Shown: piece after piece, positions 30,095 to 38,728 of the stretch
Layout of the letters: each line of letters opens with the position of its first letter
Position numbering within the stretch: position 1 is the first letter of the stretch
Assembly: GCA_004100265.1 (NCBI GenBank)
Contig: SCKW01000001.1
Location: 1 to 40,588 of the forward strand
Reading direction: 5' to 3'
DNA length: 40,588 bases
Source: Candidatus Chaera renei
GTDB taxonomy: Bacteria; Patescibacteriota; Saccharimonadia; Saccharimonadales; Saccharimonadaceae
Notes under the pieces: generated by a model
Database searches by the model: none
What the model was told of the DNA's origin: nothing
What the model saw: only the letters and a program-made list of their open reading frames with translations
Made by a program: the position numbers and the translations under genes

Positions 30095-30973
30095 TTAAAA
30101 TTTGCCCGCCATCTCGCGCAGTCTTTTTATACGTTGTTCGATCGGCGGATGAGTACTGAACAGCCCCGTCAGCATTTTACCTTTTAGGGGATTGGCGAAA
30201 AACAAATGGGCGGTCGAGCCGTTTTGGGCTCGGGTAGCCGAGCCCTGCTGGGCGATTTTTGACAGCGCGCTGGCCAGGGCTTCAGGATAGCGGGTGGTCA
30301 TGGCGCCGGTGGCGTCGGCCAGATATTCCCGCTGCCGCGATACCGCCAGTTGCACCAGCAAAGCGGCTAACGGTGCCAGCAAGATGGCAATAATGCCGAT
30401 GATGTAAAAAATCGGCGGCACCTGGCGGTTATCATTGCCGCCGCCAAACCAGCCGATCCTCAGCAAACCGTCAGCCAGCAGACCGATAGCGCTAACCAGC
30501 CCAAACACGATCATCATTACCCTGATGTCGTAGTTTTTAACGTGCCCCATCTCGTGCGCCATCACCGCCTCTAGCTCGTCGTCATCCATGATGTCCAGCA
30601 GGCCGGTGGTGGCGGCTACCGAGGCGTGCGCCGGATTGCGCCCGGTGGCAAAAGCATTGGCCGCCGGATCGTTCATTACGTAAATTTTAGGCGTGGGCAT
30701 GCCGCTGGCGATAGACAGGTTTTCGACTATCCGGTACAGGCGGGGGTTGTCGCTTTTGGCTATCGGCTTGGCGCCGTTAACCGCCAAAGCCAGTTTGTCG
30801 GCGATAAAATACTGAATCAGCGCGTACGCCAGGCCGAACGCCAGCGCCCAATAAACCCAGCTACCGTTACCGTAAAGCTGGCCGCCCACCCAACCCAGAC
30901 CGGTTATAATACCGATGAACAACGCCATAATTACCAGCGTGTTGCGTTTGTTGGCGGCGATCGCGCTATACAT
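30095..30973 (-). CDS. htpX: M48 family zinc metalloprotease HtpX
   Basis: HEMGH zinc motif, TM topology and a C-terminal STHPPIEQRI motif. Confidence 0.9.
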   Translation of the reverse strand: MYSAIAANKRNTLVIMALFIGIITGLGWVGGQLYGNGSWVYWALAFGLAYALIQYFIADKLALAVNGAKPIAKSDNPRLYRIVENLSIASGMPTPKIYVMNDPAANAFATGRNPAHASVAATTGLLDIMDDDELEAVMAHEMGHVKNYDIRVMMIVFGLVSAIGLLADGLLRIGWFGGGNDNRQVPPIFYIIGIIAILLAPLAALLVQLAVSRQREYLADATGAMTTRYPEALASALSKIAQQGSATRAQNGSTAHLFFANPLKGKMLTGLFSTHPPIEQRIKRLREMAGKF

Positions 30974-31014
30974 GCCAGAATTATAACCGTTTAGCCGGCG
31001 GCGGGCAAAGCGCC

Positions 31015-32400
31015 CTACAGCTTCATTTCGCTGAAGGCTTCTTTGAGGATATCCATCATCACCGGATACGGCGTCGGCTTAACCTTGGACGTGGCGCCAG
31101 CCTCGGCGAACAAATAAACCGTGTTATCGGCAACTTCTATGTTCACCGTAAACGGCAGGGCCTCGAGTTTTTCCATAAAGGCGGGGTGCAGTAGCTCCAG
31201 ACTGGTAACTTTTTCGGCGTCGCTGGCGTAAACGTCGTATTTGTCGTTGAATTCGCGCCACTCCAGGGTGATTTTTCGCAGTCCCTTAACAAAACCAAAA
31301 GACCGCAACCACCACTTCTTTTTGCGCCTTACAAAAATATTGCCGTAGGTTTTTGGCAGCGCCGCCTGGGCGATGACGTAACCGTCGCTATCATATCTAG
31401 AACGCCTGTCGGGAATATAAGTGTAAAACTGCACCAGGCAGTTCTTGTACATGCCGATCACGTGGTTATTGACATCGGAATAACGAAACTTACCGCTTTT
31501 AAACAACTGGCTACGCCGCGGCAGCAACAAACGGCCCCAATCCAAGCTGTAATAAAAATTCTGGCTGATGGCGAACTGCTCAACCGCTTTGTCGCGCATC
31601 TCTTGCGCCTGCGTGGCGGGCTCTACACCACCCAGCATCCACTGATTGCCCGAGCGCTGGAACGTCCAAAACTCCACGAACCTGCTTTTATCCACGAACA
31701 GCACCGAGTTGTCCCTGGTGTCTATCAGGGTGTTTTCGGCCCGCGCGCCGATGGCCACCTTAAACTGATCCTTGACGTTATCGGCCGCGTCGGTGGCGTC
31801 AACCACACTAATTTCTTCAATCACCGGGTTTTTAACCAGATTGCGCCGGGCCGCCAGGTACATGGCGTAAACCATCAGACTGGCGTGATATTGATAGCCA
31901 GACGTCATATAAGACTTCATCGCCTCGGTGTTGTAGTTTGACCAATCTTGCTGGTAGCGCTCAAACACTTCTCTAGCCCGCTCCAGCAAGCCGGTCTCCT
32001 TCCAGGCGCCGTCCTGGCTGGCTGCCCATTGTAAGGTTTTTTTGGTTTTTTTAGACTGATTAAACAAAGAAGCGTACAGGCCCACGCCCATACCAAGCGG
32101 CACCAGAGCGGCCGCCGACCATAAGAGGAATCGGTTGGAGGATCGCCTGCTGGACACGCCCAGTATTATCCAGAAAACCGTGTAAACCGCAGCCAATGCC
32201 CAACCCAACAGCTGGCCGCTATACCATAAGGCTATGTTGTTTCTGGTTTTTCTTCTGATCGCGTAGCCTACGGCGTGCATCGGCACATAGCCTAACAAAA
32301 AGACGCCGCTGCCACCGGAGTCGGAACTGCTGCCGCCGCCGCCCGCCTGGGCAAAATTAGCCAACTGGCCGGCGATCGCGCCTAGCCAACCGTACAGCAT
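31015..32400 (-). CDS. membrane protein with Tim44-like domain and DUF3137-like C-terminal domain
   Basis: N-terminal Gly/Ser-rich segment plus TM helices. The central region resembles Tim44-like/SnoaL-fold proteins. The C-terminal part (FRYSDVNNHVIG...FNDKYDVYASD...LLHPAFMEKLEAL) resembles DUF3137. Lies between lemA and htpX. Confidence 0.65.
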   Translation of the reverse strand: MLYGWLGAIAGQLANFAQAGGGGSSSDSGGSGVFLLGYVPMHAVGYAIRRKTRNNIALWYSGQLLGWALAAVYTVFWIILGVSSRRSSNRFLLWSAAALVPLGMGVGLYASLFNQSKKTKKTLQWAASQDGAWKETGLLERAREVFERYQQDWSNYNTEAMKSYMTSGYQYHASLMVYAMYLAARRNLVKNPVIEEISVVDATDAADNVKDQFKVAIGARAENTLIDTRDNSVLFVDKSRFVEFWTFQRSGNQWMLGGVEPATQAQEMRDKAVEQFAISQNFYYSLDWGRLLLPRRSQLFKSGKFRYSDVNNHVIGMYKNCLVQFYTYIPDRRSRYDSDGYVIAQAALPKTYGNIFVRRKKKWWLRSFGFVKGLRKITLEWREFNDKYDVYASDAEKVTSLELLHPAFMEKLEALPFTVNIEVADNTVYLFAEAGATSKVKPTPYPVMMDILKEAFSEMKL

Positions 32401-32447
32401 GGGTTTTTGTTTTCCTTAAATCCGCTAAGGTTATTTTGGCTTTGGCG

Positions 32448-33050
32448 TTAAAACTGAACGTTCACCGGTTTTTGGGCCGTGGCTAGATCGTCGGTTTCAA
32501 AAAATTCTTTCTCTCTAAAACCAAACATGCCGGCAAAAAGATTGTTGGGAAAAACCTTTAACCTGGTGTTGAAATCGCGCACGCCGCCGTTATAAAACCG
32601 CCTGGCGGCCTGGATTTTGTCTTCGGTGTCTACCAGCTCTTCCTGTAGCTGCTGAAAGTTTTCGGTAGCCCTAAGCTGCGGATAATTCTCGGCTACGGCG
32701 AACAGGCTTTTTAAGGCCTGCTCGAACATGTTTTCGGCCTTGGCCGTTTCGGCCACGCCCTGAGCGTTAAGCGTGTTGGCCCGGGCCTTGGTAACGTCTT
32801 CGAAAACCTGCTTTTCATGCGCGGCATATCCTTTAACCGCGTTCACCAGGTTTGGTATCAGGTCAAGCCGCCGCTTCAGCTGCACGGTAATGTCGCTCCA
32901 CGCCTCTTCGGCCCGCAATTTGGCCGTCATCATGCTGTTATAAGTGGCCCACATAAAGATCGCCAGCACCACGACCAAGCCTATCACTACATACAACCAG
33001 ACCATTTTTGCTCCTTTGTTAATACTTTTAGCGGTTGCTATTAGGGCCAA
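32448..33050 (-). CDS. lemA: LemA family protein
   Basis: N-terminal TM helix plus LemA pattern (YNSMM..K.R.EEAWSDI.VQLKRR.DLIPNLV..VKGYA.HE...F..V..AR). Confidence 0.9.
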   Translation of the reverse strand: MALIATAKSINKGAKMVWLYVVIGLVVVLAIFMWATYNSMMTAKLRAEEAWSDITVQLKRRLDLIPNLVNAVKGYAAHEKQVFEDVTKARANTLNAQGVAETAKAENMFEQALKSLFAVAENYPQLRATENFQQLQEELVDTEDKIQAARRFYNGGVRDFNTRLKVFPNNLFAGMFGFREKEFFETDDLATAQKPVNVQF

Positions 33051-33106
33051 TTATAGCAACTTATCGCGCTTTGCATAGCTCCACAAAAAGAGTTTAGGCA
33101 AGGCCG

Positions 33107-33865
33107 CTAAACCTGCAGGCGCCTAAAGAAAACCGCGCCCAGCCAAACGAAAGCCAAAGTAACGGCGCTCAGCACGGCCAGGTCCGTCCCCAGCCCGTAA
33201 TGCCCTGCATTGATCAGTAGAACGCGCAGGGCGTCTATGCCATAAGACAGCGGGTCAATTCGGGCCAGGATGGCCAAAAGAGCCGGCAGCCCCTGCAGCG
33301 GAAACAGCGCTCCCGACAAGAAAAACAGCGGCATTACCAAAAAATTCATGATCAGCTGAAAGCCTTGCATGTCGTCAAGCAAAGAGGCCACCATGGTGCC
33401 CAGCGAGGTAAACAGCAGCGCCACCAAAAACATCACGCCGACGGCCGGCAGCACCAGCCACCAGTTAAGCGGATGAAAACCGAACGCCAGCGACAGCAGC
33501 ATAACGATCACCCCCTGCATAGTGGCCACGGTGGCGCCGCCCAACGTGCGGCCTATCATAATATGAAACCGCGGCATCGGCGCTACCAGGGTTTCTTTTA
33601 AAAAGCCGAATTGGCGGTCCCAAATAACTTCCATGCCCGAAAAGATAGCGGTAAAAATAATGCTCATGCCGATTACTCCGGGCGCCAAAAAGTTCAGATA
33701 ATTACCCTGGCCGGCTTGCGCGAAAACCGAGCCAAATCCATACCCCAGCGCTAGCAAAAACAGCAGCGGTTGACCCAGCGAGCCGATAATCCGCGAACGC
33801 GAACGGAAATATTTTTTAATCTGCCTCAGCCAAAGAAAATAAATTTTTTGCATGGTTGATTTCAT
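33107..33865 (-). CDS. ABC-2 type transporter permease
   Basis: 252 aa, 6 TM helices, ABC-2 pattern. Lies directly after the ATPase gene. Confidence 0.85.
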   Translation of the reverse strand: MKSTMQKIYFLWLRQIKKYFRSRSRIIGSLGQPLLFLLALGYGFGSVFAQAGQGNYLNFLAPGVIGMSIIFTAIFSGMEVIWDRQFGFLKETLVAPMPRFHIMIGRTLGGATVATMQGVIVMLLSLAFGFHPLNWWLVLPAVGVMFLVALLFTSLGTMVASLLDDMQGFQLIMNFLVMPLFFLSGALFPLQGLPALLAILARIDPLSYGIDALRVLLINAGHYGLGTDLAVLSAVTLAFVWLGAVFFRRLQV

Positions 33866-33877
33866 TAAGACTCCGGT

Positions 33878-34678
33878 TTAATGGCCAAAACCCCTCCGCC
33901 GCATCGCCCGCATGGCGTCCAAGGCCGGATCAGCCGATTCTTCTCTGATCGAATGCCCGGTCAGCGACAAAAAGGCGTCTTCCAGGCTGGCGGTTTTGGT
34001 TTGGCGTTTTAGCTGCGCCGCGCTGCCCAGAGCAATAATTTTTCCATGGTCGATCACCGCGATACGCTGGGCTATCCGCTCGGCCTCCTCCATGTAGTGG
34101 GTGGTGAAAAACAGAGTGGTGCCTTCTTTGCGGTTAAGCTCCCGCAGGTACTCCCACATGCGATTGCGGGTTTGGGGGTCAAGCCCCAGAGTCGGCTCGT
34201 CTAAAAAGATGATTTTGGGGTGATGCAGCAAGCCTCGGGCTATCTCCAGCCTGCGTTTCATGCCGCCGGAAAACCGCTTTACCAAATCGTCGCGGCGCTC
34301 CCACAAATCAACGAACCACAGTAGCTCCTGGCCGCGCCGGTTCCGCTCGGCCGCCGGCACGTCGTAAAGAACGCCGTGAAGCTGCATATTCTCCCAGGCG
34401 GTCAGGTCGTCGTCCAGGCTAGGATCCTGAAACACTATCCCGAACGAGCGCCGCGCCCGCTCGGGATCGCGCACCGGATCAACGCCGTCAAGGGTAACAC
34501 TGCCCCGAGTGGGGCTAAGCAGGGTGGTCAGCATTTTAATGGTGGTGGATTTGCCGGCGCCGTTTGGCCCCAAAAAGGCAAAGATCTCGCCCCCGCCCAC
34601 CTTAAACGACACTCCGTCAACGGCGGTAATGTCGCCGAACCGTTTCACTAAATTCTTAACCTCGATCATGGTTTTCAT
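33878..34678 (-). CDS. ABC transporter ATP-binding protein (DrrA/ABC-2 exporter type)
   Basis: Walker A GPNGAGKST, signature FSGGMKRRL, Walker B IIFLDEPT. Confidence 0.92.
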   Translation of the reverse strand: MKTMIEVKNLVKRFGDITAVDGVSFKVGGGEIFAFLGPNGAGKSTTIKMLTTLLSPTRGSVTLDGVDPVRDPERARRSFGIVFQDPSLDDDLTAWENMQLHGVLYDVPAAERNRRGQELLWFVDLWERRDDLVKRFSGGMKRRLEIARGLLHHPKIIFLDEPTLGLDPQTRNRMWEYLRELNRKEGTTLFFTTHYMEEAERIAQRIAVIDHGKIIALGSAAQLKRQTKTASLEDAFLSLTGHSIREESADPALDAMRAMRRRGFGH

Positions 34679-35145
34679 AGCTTAGGCCCGCGCGCGTTTT
34701 TATGAGCGATTTTTTTGCTTAAGGCGGCAAAAGAGGCCAGTTCGTCGTCGCTTAAGACCGCGAACACTTGGGCGAAATAGCTGGCAATACCGGCCCGCAT
34801 GCGGCCGATGTGCCGCTTGGTCCTGTCCGTCAACTCAAGGGTTTGCACCCGCCGGTCGGCGGCCGATTCCAGCCTTACCAGATAGCCCTTTTGCACCAGC
34901 TCGTCAGACAGCTGGGTGGCGGCGCTGTGACTGACGCCAAGCGCTTTGGCAAGCTCGCCAATATTCATCCGGCCACTTTTCGATACCGCCGCCAGAGCGC
35001 CCCACTGGGCCGCGGTAATCGCCGGCCTGTCCCGACCGCCGCAAGCAGCCGCCCCGCCGCCGGTATGCCACGCCGACAGTTCGCGCTTAATGGCGTGCAC
35101 GCTTTCGATGATTTGCTCTATATAAAAATCGCGGTCTTTATGCAT
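34675..35145 (-). CDS. MarR family transcriptional regulator
   Basis: Winged-HTH pattern (NIGELAKALGVSHSAATQLSDELVQKGYLVRLESAADRRVQTLELT). Its stop overlaps the ABC ATPase start by 4 nt. Confidence 0.9.
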   Translation of the reverse strand: MHKDRDFYIEQIIESVHAIKRELSAWHTGGGAAACGGRDRPAITAAQWGALAAVSKSGRMNIGELAKALGVSHSAATQLSDELVQKGYLVRLESAADRRVQTLELTDRTKRHIGRMRAGIASYFAQVFAVLSDDELASFAALSKKIAHKNARGPKL

Positions 35146-35163
35146 AAATGATGGCTGCTAATT

Positions 35164-35192
35164 ATTTTAGCTGCTTACATATTAATATGCAA
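35164..35192 (-). promoter_or_regulatory. candidate marR-ABC promoter (TTGCAT-N17-TAAAAT on minus strand) overlapping a 12-bp perfect palindrome CATATTAATATG (35178-35189)
   Basis: Hexamers and palindrome read from the sequence, 33-44 nt upstream of the marR ATG. MarR proteins bind palindromic operators. Confidence 0.45.
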
Positions 35193-35222
35193 AATCCATA
35201 AATACCAAAGAAATTAAAAATT

Positions 35223-35242
35223 CGAAAGTTTAATCTTGGTGG
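35223..35242 (+). repeat. left copy of an imperfect direct repeat (17/20 identical to 40096-40115)
   Basis: CGAAAGTTTAATCTTGGTGG versus CGAAAGTCAAATTTTGGTGG. The right copy overlaps the last 6 nt (CCA end) of tRNA-Leu. A CTCGAAC T-loop-like 7-mer follows in both copies, at slightly different spacing. Confidence 0.45.
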
Positions 35243-35640
35243 AATTATATAACTCCGCTCGAACGCATTTTGAACGAAACGGCTGACCTTTGCGCCTCGC
35301 CTGCGCGCGCCTTGCTCGCGCAGGGCAAAACCCGAAAATTTCCTATCATTTTTATTTGCGGCTCTCCCCACACCTCCCGCCGCAAGGCGGAAAATTTGAA
35401 AGGAAGGAAATTTTTGGTTTTGCTGCCGCCGCTTCACTCCTCCAAAAAGGCTAATAGGTGTATTCTAGCATTTTTGCCAGTTTTACGCCCGCCTTTTCTC
35501 CGTCGCTTGCGTCGGCCCGAGGCGCTCCCGTCTCCGCGTTTTGTGGTAATTTGATAGTCCGCTCACACTTCGGCGTAAGTAGGTGGTAAATCGTATTGCG
35601 CTTGCGTCAACCCTCCCGTGCGCGCACAAGCGGAACTCCC

Positions 35641-37605
35641 TTAACTTCTCCTTTGCGACATTGAATTTAAACTGTTGAGATAATCTTTGAACCCTTGTTT
35701 TCCTTGCAACTGGCTCTTTGTATGATTGCTTTTCTTATAACTAAAGTATTCCGCGTGTTCATCTGGCAACTGCTCTAGAAAATCATGCGCTTGTCTCGCG
35801 CCACCAGATTTTAACGCTGTAAGGATGTGTAAACTTTTTCTGGCGCGAGTCATGGCAACATAAAAGGCGTTTTTCGTTACCCGACTCATATTTACATTAT
35901 CGAAACCGATAATAATTACATGATCGGCTGATAATCCTTTTGAGCCGACTATTGTCATCAACTCAATGGCTCCCATTTTTTTTACTTCAATTTCTTCCAA
36001 TTCCGCCTCTTCCTCCTCTTGGTGTTCAATTTCCGTGACTTCTTCTTGGTTGATAGCTTTTCTTTCAATATCCTCTTTAAGCCGCTTCTTGTCGGATAGG
36101 GAAATATGGCCAGCAAGGCTTTCTATTTTTTGCCCTATTGTCTGATCGCCCGCTTCCAAAATGGTTTTAATATCATTGGTTTTTTGCGTTGCGTTTTTAA
36201 CTTCTACAACTTCAAGATCGCAAGAATTTTGATTCTTTTGCATAGCTAGTTTAATCAATTCATGAACCTTCGCCATCGCAATGTTTTCGTAATGCAAAAC
36301 CTTTCGGAAAGTGAAGTTGTTTTGAGGATTATTAGCCAGAGAATAATAACTTAAAATCTTGTAATAGTCCTCCGAAAAATAGCGATTTTCTGCCTGATAC
36401 TCTGCTGCAATATTTGTAATTTTCTTTTTCGATTCTCCATAAAAATTAACTTCTTTTGCTGGAGTTAAGATAAGTAGAAAAGCGTCCTTTTCTTTCCCTT
36501 CGGCTAATTTTGCCTTTCGTTCACCAATCGCTGTTTTGTTATCCGCCACAAATTTTTCTATGTAATCAACCGCCGTTGGAGCAGTCGCACAAGCAATTAC
36601 TTGTACTTTAGGTTTATCATCATCCGTTTTTATTGGCAGATAGATTTTTTCTATGCATTCCGTATCTCGGTTTTGCTGAATAAAATGTCCAGCCGACCTT
36701 GTAATGTGGAAACTGCTACGACCGCAGAAAGGCAACATCCCATTTGCATAGTCATTGTTTCGGTAAAGGTTCCGTATTAAATTTGGTTTCCCTGATTTTA
36801 ATTTTTCGTAAAGCACTTGTTCATCGTCGCCAACAACAAGCAGACCTCTTGGATTGTTTACCAACTGATTTATCAAAGCGTCTTCGGCGGCATTAAAATC
36901 TTGGTACTCGTCAATAATAAAGCAGTCACTCTCATTAAGATTTGTGTTTTCGGCCAAAGCGTCTTTCGCTCGCAAAATTAAATCAGCAAAACCAGCCGCA
37001 TTGAAAAATCGGCATAACTTAAAATAAGTTTCTTTCAAATTTTGCCATTCTATCGCTTCATCAAAATCGGCATTGTGTAACTGTTCCTCGAATTTTTTCC
37101 AACTATAAAGACCCGGATCTAATCCAGCGTGGAAAGCTAAAACATCGCCCCATACAACGTCTTTCCATGACTGCCCTATGATTCGAAAATGCGGCTGAAA
37201 ACGCCACTCCGTCGTACCGTGATTTTGCTCCACGATACTACGGGCAAATTTATGCAAAGTATGGACTTCAACTTGATCTTTTTGTGCTTGAGTTAAATTT
37301 TCATCTCCTTGTATATCGCTGTCTAAATCTGCCACAAGCTTTCGGACAAAGGTTAGACATAGAATTTTTGAAGTGGAATCTTGCTCTAGCCAAAAACTAA
37401 TCCTGCCTTTGAATAAAGTGCTTTTGCCCGTTCCGGGGCCAGAAACGATCAGAAACTTTCCAGCGCTGTGTTTAGCAATAACCGAGGCGTTTTGATTTCG
37501 GTATTCGGAACGTCCATTGTTGTCTAATGCGTCAAGTTCGCTATGTAAAGTTTGGAGTTCACTTGATTCAAATGGAGTGCCATCATCGTTAATTAAGTGT
37601 CGCAT
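35641..37605 (-). CDS. SF1 UvrD/Rep/PcrA-like DNA helicase with a long insertion containing a Glu-rich stretch
   Basis: Walker A GPGTGKST, motif II FIIDEYQDF, motif III VVGDDEQVLY, motif IV-like CGRSS, motif V VGSKGLSADHVIIIG, motif VI FYVAMTRARKSLHIL. There are about 250 aa between motifs IV and V, including EEVTEIEHQEEEEAELEEIE. Confidence 0.9.
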   Translation of the reverse strand: MRHLINDDGTPFESSELQTLHSELDALDNNGRSEYRNQNASVIAKHSAGKFLIVSGPGTGKSTLFKGRISFWLEQDSTSKILCLTFVRKLVADLDSDIQGDENLTQAQKDQVEVHTLHKFARSIVEQNHGTTEWRFQPHFRIIGQSWKDVVWGDVLAFHAGLDPGLYSWKKFEEQLHNADFDEAIEWQNLKETYFKLCRFFNAAGFADLILRAKDALAENTNLNESDCFIIDEYQDFNAAEDALINQLVNNPRGLLVVGDDEQVLYEKLKSGKPNLIRNLYRNNDYANGMLPFCGRSSFHITRSAGHFIQQNRDTECIEKIYLPIKTDDDKPKVQVIACATAPTAVDYIEKFVADNKTAIGERKAKLAEGKEKDAFLLILTPAKEVNFYGESKKKITNIAAEYQAENRYFSEDYYKILSYYSLANNPQNNFTFRKVLHYENIAMAKVHELIKLAMQKNQNSCDLEVVEVKNATQKTNDIKTILEAGDQTIGQKIESLAGHISLSDKKRLKEDIERKAINQEEVTEIEHQEEEEAELEEIEVKKMGAIELMTIVGSKGLSADHVIIIGFDNVNMSRVTKNAFYVAMTRARKSLHILTALKSGGARQAHDFLEQLPDEHAEYFSYKKSNHTKSQLQGKQGFKDYLNSLNSMSQRRS

Positions 37606-37617
37606 GGGGACTAATTT

Positions 37618-38727
37618 TTATATTCCAGATTTTGTCCGGTTGTGTTCTTTGCAGAGCATTTGGCAGTTTTCGGCAATAGTTTTTCCGCCTTCGTTCCATG
37701 GAGTTATATGATCGGCCTCCATTTCTTCAATATCCCACTTTTGTTTTTCCTTCTTCTCTTTTTTGCACCACGGACAAACACCTTTCTGCCGCTCATACGC
37801 TTCGCGCTTCATTTTGTCGATAAAGGCTCGGATGGAAAGGTGTCTTTCTTGCCCCGTCAAAACATAAGGATAAATGCCAGACTTTTTGGTAACGTCTTCG
37901 TCTTGCATTAACTCTTTAATCTCGGCTTCTAGTTTGGCGGCGTTTAGTTTCTTATCTTTGAATTTGTTGTATAGTTCGCCCCAATTTACATTTGCCATCT
38001 CTTTGCGGTAATTGGGAAAAGTTTTGCGCACCCATGCAATTACGTCTTGGAAGTATCGCCACAATTCATTGGCATTTTTGTCATGCTGGTGCTTCGCCAT
38101 ATAATCTTCAATCTTGCCGTCATTTATCCACGAGAGTGCTGTTTCTAGATATTCCTGCCGGATTGGTGAACCGCTAACCAACGATCCGCCATCGTTTGCC
38201 AATAAGTACGCTACGCAGTTTGTTTTGCTAAACTTCAACTTGGCATCTGAAAGCCACGGCCCGGTATAAACCGCATTGCGAATTTCTTGGTCGGTCAATT
38301 TTTCTCCAGCGATGTTGATAATCCTAAACCAGTCGAGACGCTCTTTGTCTGTACCTTCGCAGAAATAAATCATCAGTTCATAATCTAAAATTTGGTCCTG
38401 CTCCTCCTTGAGTAGATTATGGAAGTATCTTTCATTCAGTGAAAAATCGCCATTAACATATTGCCCGATACTGATAGTGCGCTGTTGGCCGTCCAACACT
38501 TCGTAGCCGCCATCTTCGCGCACCATCCAGTACATCACGTTGAGTGGAAAATTTTGCTTAACTGTTTCAAGCACCGCATCGCGTTGCTTGTCTTTATAGA
38601 CAAATTCACGTTGATATTTTGGGCGGACATCTAATCTACCACCATAAGCCACAACGCCTTCCTCGTGGCTGTCTTTGTAGCCAGAAATAACTTTGCGAAT
38701 TGGGATTTTGTGCAGTTCAATTTTCAT
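37618..38727 (-). CDS. DUF262 (ParB-like, GmrSD N-domain type) protein fused to a C-terminal HNH endonuclease
   Basis: DGQQR motif (VLDGQQRTISIGQY) near the N-terminus. C-terminal CPWC...ADHITPWNEGGKTIAENCQMLCKEHNRTKS is an HNH/His-Me finger with a zinc-ribbon cysteine pattern. Confidence 0.9.
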   Translation of the reverse strand: MKIELHKIPIRKVISGYKDSHEEGVVAYGGRLDVRPKYQREFVYKDKQRDAVLETVKQNFPLNVMYWMVREDGGYEVLDGQQRTISIGQYVNGDFSLNERYFHNLLKEEQDQILDYELMIYFCEGTDKERLDWFRIINIAGEKLTDQEIRNAVYTGPWLSDAKLKFSKTNCVAYLLANDGGSLVSGSPIRQEYLETALSWINDGKIEDYMAKHQHDKNANELWRYFQDVIAWVRKTFPNYRKEMANVNWGELYNKFKDKKLNAAKLEAEIKELMQDEDVTKKSGIYPYVLTGQERHLSIRAFIDKMKREAYERQKGVCPWCKKEKKEKQKWDIEEMEADHITPWNEGGKTIAENCQMLCKEHNRTKSGI

Positions 38728-38728
38728 A

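Noticed and set aside
35162-35554. Two overlapping ORFs (35162-35437 minus, 35270-35554 plus) in the spacer next to the island
   Set aside because: They are mutually overlapping, highly basic and low-complexity. They have no RBS, and one runs through the marR promoter. The region is treated as non-coding.
35641-37605. Gabija (GajB-like UvrD helicase) assignment
   Set aside because: No GajA-type OLD/TOPRIM ATPase gene is present in or near the operon. The helicase is instead coupled to a DUF262-HNH protein and a methyltransferase.
37618-38727. Plain stand-alone type IV GmrSD/BrxU/SspE call
   Set aside because: The C-terminal domain is a zinc-ribbon HNH, not DUF1524. The gene is translationally coupled to a methyltransferase. 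No BREX or Ssp/Dnd genes are nearby. It is kept as an alternative hypothesis only.
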